A DNA stretch of 61,316 nucleotides, the filler included. It is 10 parts of 10 records of this genome, joined end to end, with 100 filler letters (N's around TTAATTAATTAA, not from the genome) between each part and the next. Parts side by side here need not be neighbours in the genome. Positions count along the whole stretch, not along the records: positions 54,042 to 61,316 come from SRR7504441_6913; 9 more parts are not named here. One strand, 5' to 3'. Numbering within the stretch: position 1 is the first letter of the stretch; each line of letters begins with the position of its first letter. Below are positions 57,001-61,316 of this stretch, one piece after another. The translations under genes and the position numbers were made by a program. The notes beneath the pieces are model-generated. The model was not told the DNA's origin, made no database searches, and worked only from the letters and a program-made list of their open reading frames with translations.

Positions 57001-60000
57001 GGTGGCTAGGACCGTCTTCAGCTCCTTCTTGACACCCCCTAGCTCATGTTTGGCCCGCTTAGCTCGCATGTTCTGTTGTGCTAGTCTCTCTTTCTGCTTG
57101 GATTCCCTACCACCCCCAGGTTAATACACACACGGCTTAAGGCGGCTAACCTGACTGTCTCGGTGTGCTGCATCGCATCCTTCAGCGCCTTGACTGCTTC
57201 TTCCCACCGGCTGGTCGCCGCCCTGGCCACCTGTGCCAGCTTGGCGCAGTCCTTCTCCTTGGCCTTCCACGCGCGGCTGGCTTGCTGCTCCCGTTCCTTT
57301 GCAGCTAGCGCAAGCTTCTCAGCAGACCGGAGCTCAGCCTCTCCCTTTGATTTCGCAAGCATGGCCGCGTCCAGTCGATCCGACGCTGCATCAACTTCGC
57401 GCTGAGCAGCAGCCTGTTTGTCGGCCAGCTCCTTCTCGAATCTTTCGAGGCTCCTCTTTGCCTGCTCCACCTCGTTTTGGGCTAGATGAAGCTCCTGTCT
57501 CGCTGCTGCGGTCCGCTCTGCAAATTCGACGTGAATCGACGCATTAGAAGAGTGCGCTATTGCCAAGTTTAGCTCTGCTGTCTTGAAGGCTTCAAGTGCC
57601 GCCACCTGTTTCTCAGTGGCCTGACGAGCCTGGTGCTTGGCTGCTTCTGCGTCGTTGGTCGCCTGCTGAGCAAGGTCCCGTGCATTGGATTCTGCCTGCG
57701 CCACGTACTGTGCACTGGCAGTCATTTTGTCCTGCAGATCCTGTTGAGCTGCACTCAACCCCGCTTGGGCCCTGTCCAGCGCTTTCTGAGCACTCGCCAC
57801 CGCCACTGCGAGCCGATGGCTTTCATCGCTGGCCTGCTCAGCGCGCTTGTCAGCGAGTGCTGCTTTTTTTATTGCTTCGGCCACCTTCATCTTTTGGATT
57901 TCGATAACGCTCTCGTGGGCCGCGGTGGCCAGGCCCACCTTCTTCTCCGCCGCCCAGTGCGCCTGCTCGGCTTCGACGTATTCGTCGCTCAGCTGTTGCA
58001 GCAGCGCGCTCGCCTTGGCATCAGAGGCGCTTGCTTGTTTGGACTCCTCGGTGCTGGCCTCAAGCTGCAGCTTAGCCGCAGCCCCGTCGCTCATTGCCCT
58101 CTTGTCGGCACCGTTTGTCCTCTTCCGGAGCTGCTCAAACTTCTGTCTGGTCGTCTCTTGGTCGGCCTCCGCCTCTGCCTTCGCCTGCGACGACCGCTCA
58201 ATCAACTTCTCGGTAACCATCCGCTGATCCTTGCTGAATCTCTCGGCGTCCACCGCTTGCGCAGACGCGGTGCTGGCTGCATTCCGGATCCGTCTGGCCT
58301 CCATCAGCCGGTTGTGTGCCTTGGTAGCTCCTTTCTGGCTCTCGACGATTCCCTCCTTGGCCATGATCCGGCTCTTATCCAGCTTTGCTGCCTCGTGCTT
58401 TACCTTGGCGACCATATCCTTATCCGCCTTCCTCGCCGCGGCTTCGCTCTGGGCCAGACTCTTCCGGAACAATAGTTCCTTGACCCTTACCGCTCGCTTC
58501 TCTCGTCCTGCCAGCCGCTGGGCCGCCAGGGCCTCCCTCCCGGCCTCGTCCTGCTCCTGCTCGGCTGTCGCGTGCTTCTGTTGGACCTCCTTGATCCTGA
58601 ATTGGCCCTCTCGGCTCAGCTTCTGGGCCGCGGCCTCTGCTATCTTCTTGAGTTGGCTGGTCTCCCCCTTGAGCCAACCCAGCTTGACTCCAAGCTGCAG
58701 CTTGACTTTCTTCTTCCGCTTGCGGAGCTCATCTGCGATCCTCTCCTGCGCCCGCTTGAGTGTGGCCTCCTCCATCTTCCTAGTCGCCTCAGCCTCGGCC
58801 GCAGCCTCAGACGCCGCAGCGGTCTCGTGTTCGGCTTGCTTTATCCTTTGAGTGGAAGCTTTCTCCCGCCGCTCTCTCGCTTGCTCTAGTTGCTCGCTCG
58901 CCTGCTCAGCCAGGCCCTTCCCCTTCATCGCCACTTGGACCGCCGCCTTGGCCGCGGTGCCAAGCTTGGCCGCTGCTAGCTCCTGCTTCGTACTCGGGCC
59001 ACAATCGCGCTCGCATCCCACTGGCCTCTTGACATCGATCCCCTGGGCCGCAGTCAGCGCCTGGCTGGCCTCGCGCTCCACAGAGCTCTCGATCCGCTTC
59101 TCGGTCTGCTTTGTCCGGAGCTGCGCGTTCTTCTGGTCAGCAGTCTCTTGCCGTTCGAGTGCTGCGGCCTCCTGCGTCGTTAGCTTGGCTGCATCAGCCT
59201 TCTGATTGGCAGCCTCGACTGCGGCTGCCTCCTGCTGCTCGGCTGCCTGCATCTTGATATCGGCCTCCTGCTCCGCAAGCCGAAGCTTGGCCGCTGCATC
59301 CGCGCTGAGCTCTCGTCGGAGCCTCCGCTGGCGCTTTGCAGCTGCGGCCTGCTGGGCTCTTGCAGCCTTGATCGCCTTCACATTCTCGGCACTGACCGCT
59401 TCCACCGTGGCCCTCACACTCGCCTCCAGCTGGCGCGCCTTCTCGGCTGCCGCTTTGGAGTTCTGGTGGGCCTTTGCTGCTTGCTGGCTCGCCTCTTGCG
59501 CCTTGTCACGGGCCGATTTCATCTCCTTCCGAGCCTGCTCTTTCTGCAACTGAATGTGCATCTTGCGCGTCCGCTGCTCGGCCGCGGCGTCCTCCCGCAC
59601 TCTGCGGATCTCCACGGCAGCGTGCTTGGTGGCTTCAGTGTACTGATACGCCACCTTCTTGCCTTCCCGTCCCAGCTTGCTCGCAGTCGCCTTGGCAGTC
59701 GCCATCTCGTTGGCAGCTTCTTGCAGTTGCTTCTGGGCCACCTTGCTCTGCATACGAGCCGCCTGGACTTGCTTCTCTATCTGCAATTTGGTGGCTTCGA
59801 ATTTGGCCTCTTCCCCGGCCGCGGCCTTCTGGCGCTTCCGGGCTATCCCCACCAGGCCCTGCTGCAGGTCTGCCTTGGTGCGCATCCCGTCTGCCACCAG
59901 CCCTTCCTGTGTGGCTGACTCGCTATCCCGCTTGGCCTTCTCCCGGGCCCGCGTTGCAATCCCCGCCCGCCGCGCCGCCTCCCGCGCCACCTTCTTGGCC

Positions 60001-61057
60001 ACCTCCACCTGCCGCCCGGGTCACCCGGCTAGAGCGCCAACCGGCTGCCTTGGCTGAGAGCCTGTCCAAGTCGGCTGTGGCCGCCTGGAGCTCCCGCTTC
60101 CGCGCAATGATGTCAGCGGCAGCTTTCTCCTCTCTGCTTTTGGCCAATTGGCCCATCCGGTCCACGTTCTTGTCCATCTGGGCCGCCAGCGCTCTCAGCT
60201 TGCGCGCGGTGGTGTTGGCCGCCAGTCCTTGCTTCTGCAGGCTGGTCAATTCCGCGAGCCCCTGCCGCCCGCTCAGCCCGGCCAACCCAAGTCCGTCACC
60301 TGATCCGCCGCCAGCTGCTGGCCGGCTAGGTCGGTCTCGGCGCCCTTGACCCGGGTGCCGGCCTGCTGCTCGGCCTCGCCAACTTTGGTCCCGACCGCCT
60401 GCTGAGCCGTCTCCATCTCTGCCTCGCCAAGCTCCATCCGATCCCGCGCCGACTGCCGGTCATGCTTGGCCTTCTCCGCCTGCCCCAGCTCGCCGCCCGG
60501 CCCGACCCCGGCCGCACCGCAGCCTTGGCCCTGGTGGCCGCTTGGCTGGCCGTAGCGATCGCGTCGGCTTGGGCCACCTCAGACCGGCCCTGGGCCGACT
60601 GCGCCTTCAGAAGAGCCTTGCTCCGGCTTGCCTCGCGCCCCTGGGCCGCCGCCAGCACCCGGCGCAGACCCGACCGGGCGGCTCGACCCCGCCGGTCCAC
60701 TTGATCGGCCTCGTCCAGCGCCTCGCTCCGGCCCTCGGCCGCCTTCCCCGTCTGGACTCGCCTGGCCCGCAGGAGCAAGCCTTTCAAGCTCCGACGGGCC
60801 CGAGCCGTCCGACCCGCCTGCGCCGCCTTGTCCAGACGGCCCTCGGCCGCGTCCAGGTCCGACAGGCAGATCATCGCCCGCTGGCTCGCCCGGCGCTTGC
60901 CCGCGTCCCGACGGCTCTCCGCCAGCCGGAGCTGCTCCAGCGCCGGGCCCGACGGGTCGTCCGGCTCCAGCCGCCCGAGCTCGGCCGTCTCCGACCCGAC
61001 CACCACCGCCAGCACCGCCGCCAGAGCCAGCAGACCGGGCCAGCGCAGCTCAAGCAT
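54042..61057 (-). CDS. Giant secreted protein: signal peptide, very long A/K/E/Q coiled coil, then Cys-rich and lectin-like/beta-trefoil-like domains (3'-partial)
   Basis: Signal peptide MLELRWPGLLALAAVLAVVVG; consecutive minus-strand ORFs (including 975 and 456 aa) joined by short introns; GQSCNAAC...RRLCWC, WAGAEKTCKAIGARMC, ATLKSVHTGKIC. Confidence 0.75.
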
Positions 61058-61153
61058 TGCTGATTTTCAGATAAGCTCAACGGGCTGATATTATTATTTT
61101 TTCCAGGGGCAGTGCGCGGCGTGGTGCGGCGTCTAGAACGATTTAGGGCTCTG

Positions 61154-61316
61154 ATGTGGGTCGATTTCGAGGAGCTGGACGAGATCGAGGCTGAGCTCCG
61201 ACCGGGCCTGGCGCGGCTGGACGAGCGTCTGACGGCGCTGTGCGCCGCCGAGCTGCCAGTGCACCCGAGGCCGTTCGCCACCGCTGCCCGGGCCAGCAAG
61301 CAGCTGCAGCGGGCGG
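61154..61316 (+). CDS. Hypothetical protein, 5' fragment
   Basis: ATG then an open frame MWVDFEELDEIEAELRPGLARL... to the window end; divergent from the gene at 61057. Confidence 0.5.
   Translation, partial: MWVDFEELDEIEAELRPGLARLDERLTALCAAELPVHPRPFATAARASKQLQRA

Overview
The window is not one locus. It is ten short contigs joined by artificial 100-nt spacers (N-run + TTAATTAATTAA + N-run), so gene adjacency across spacers means nothing. The DNA is a GC-rich, very compact eukaryotic (protist-like) nuclear genome; I cannot identify the taxon from the sequence. Introns are mostly about 35-45 nt and often have GC donors. Divergent gene pairs are only about 90-170 bp apart. Recognisable genes include importin-5, a receptor TKL kinase, an RGS-PH-AGC kinase, a sialidase, SUT/SLC45 and FLVCR-like MFS transporters, a Rho-like GTPase, an HVA22/REEP protein, peptidase C45, a CASTOR/POLLUX/DMI1-like channel and an ankyrin-cNMP-EF-kinase. 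Also present are a catalytically dead E2, an ABCB half-transporter, a METTL21-like methyltransferase, a signal-peptide carotenoid oxygenase, glutathione synthetase, a Kir channel, a polycystin remnant, TBCK, LMBR1-like, Sel1 and PDZ proteins, and a giant secreted coiled-coil protein. The best leads are (i) introns that look recently created or expanded, one by tandem duplication and one by a head-to-head telomere-like insertion with a 7-nt target-site duplication; (ii) a YAACGG (MYB/MSA-type) motif recurring in the tiny bidirectional promoters; (iii) a putative LTR end truncating a gene; (iv) a candidate structured RNA; and (v) several unusual signalling domain architectures. All calls were made by eye from motifs; no searches were run, and exon boundaries are approximate.
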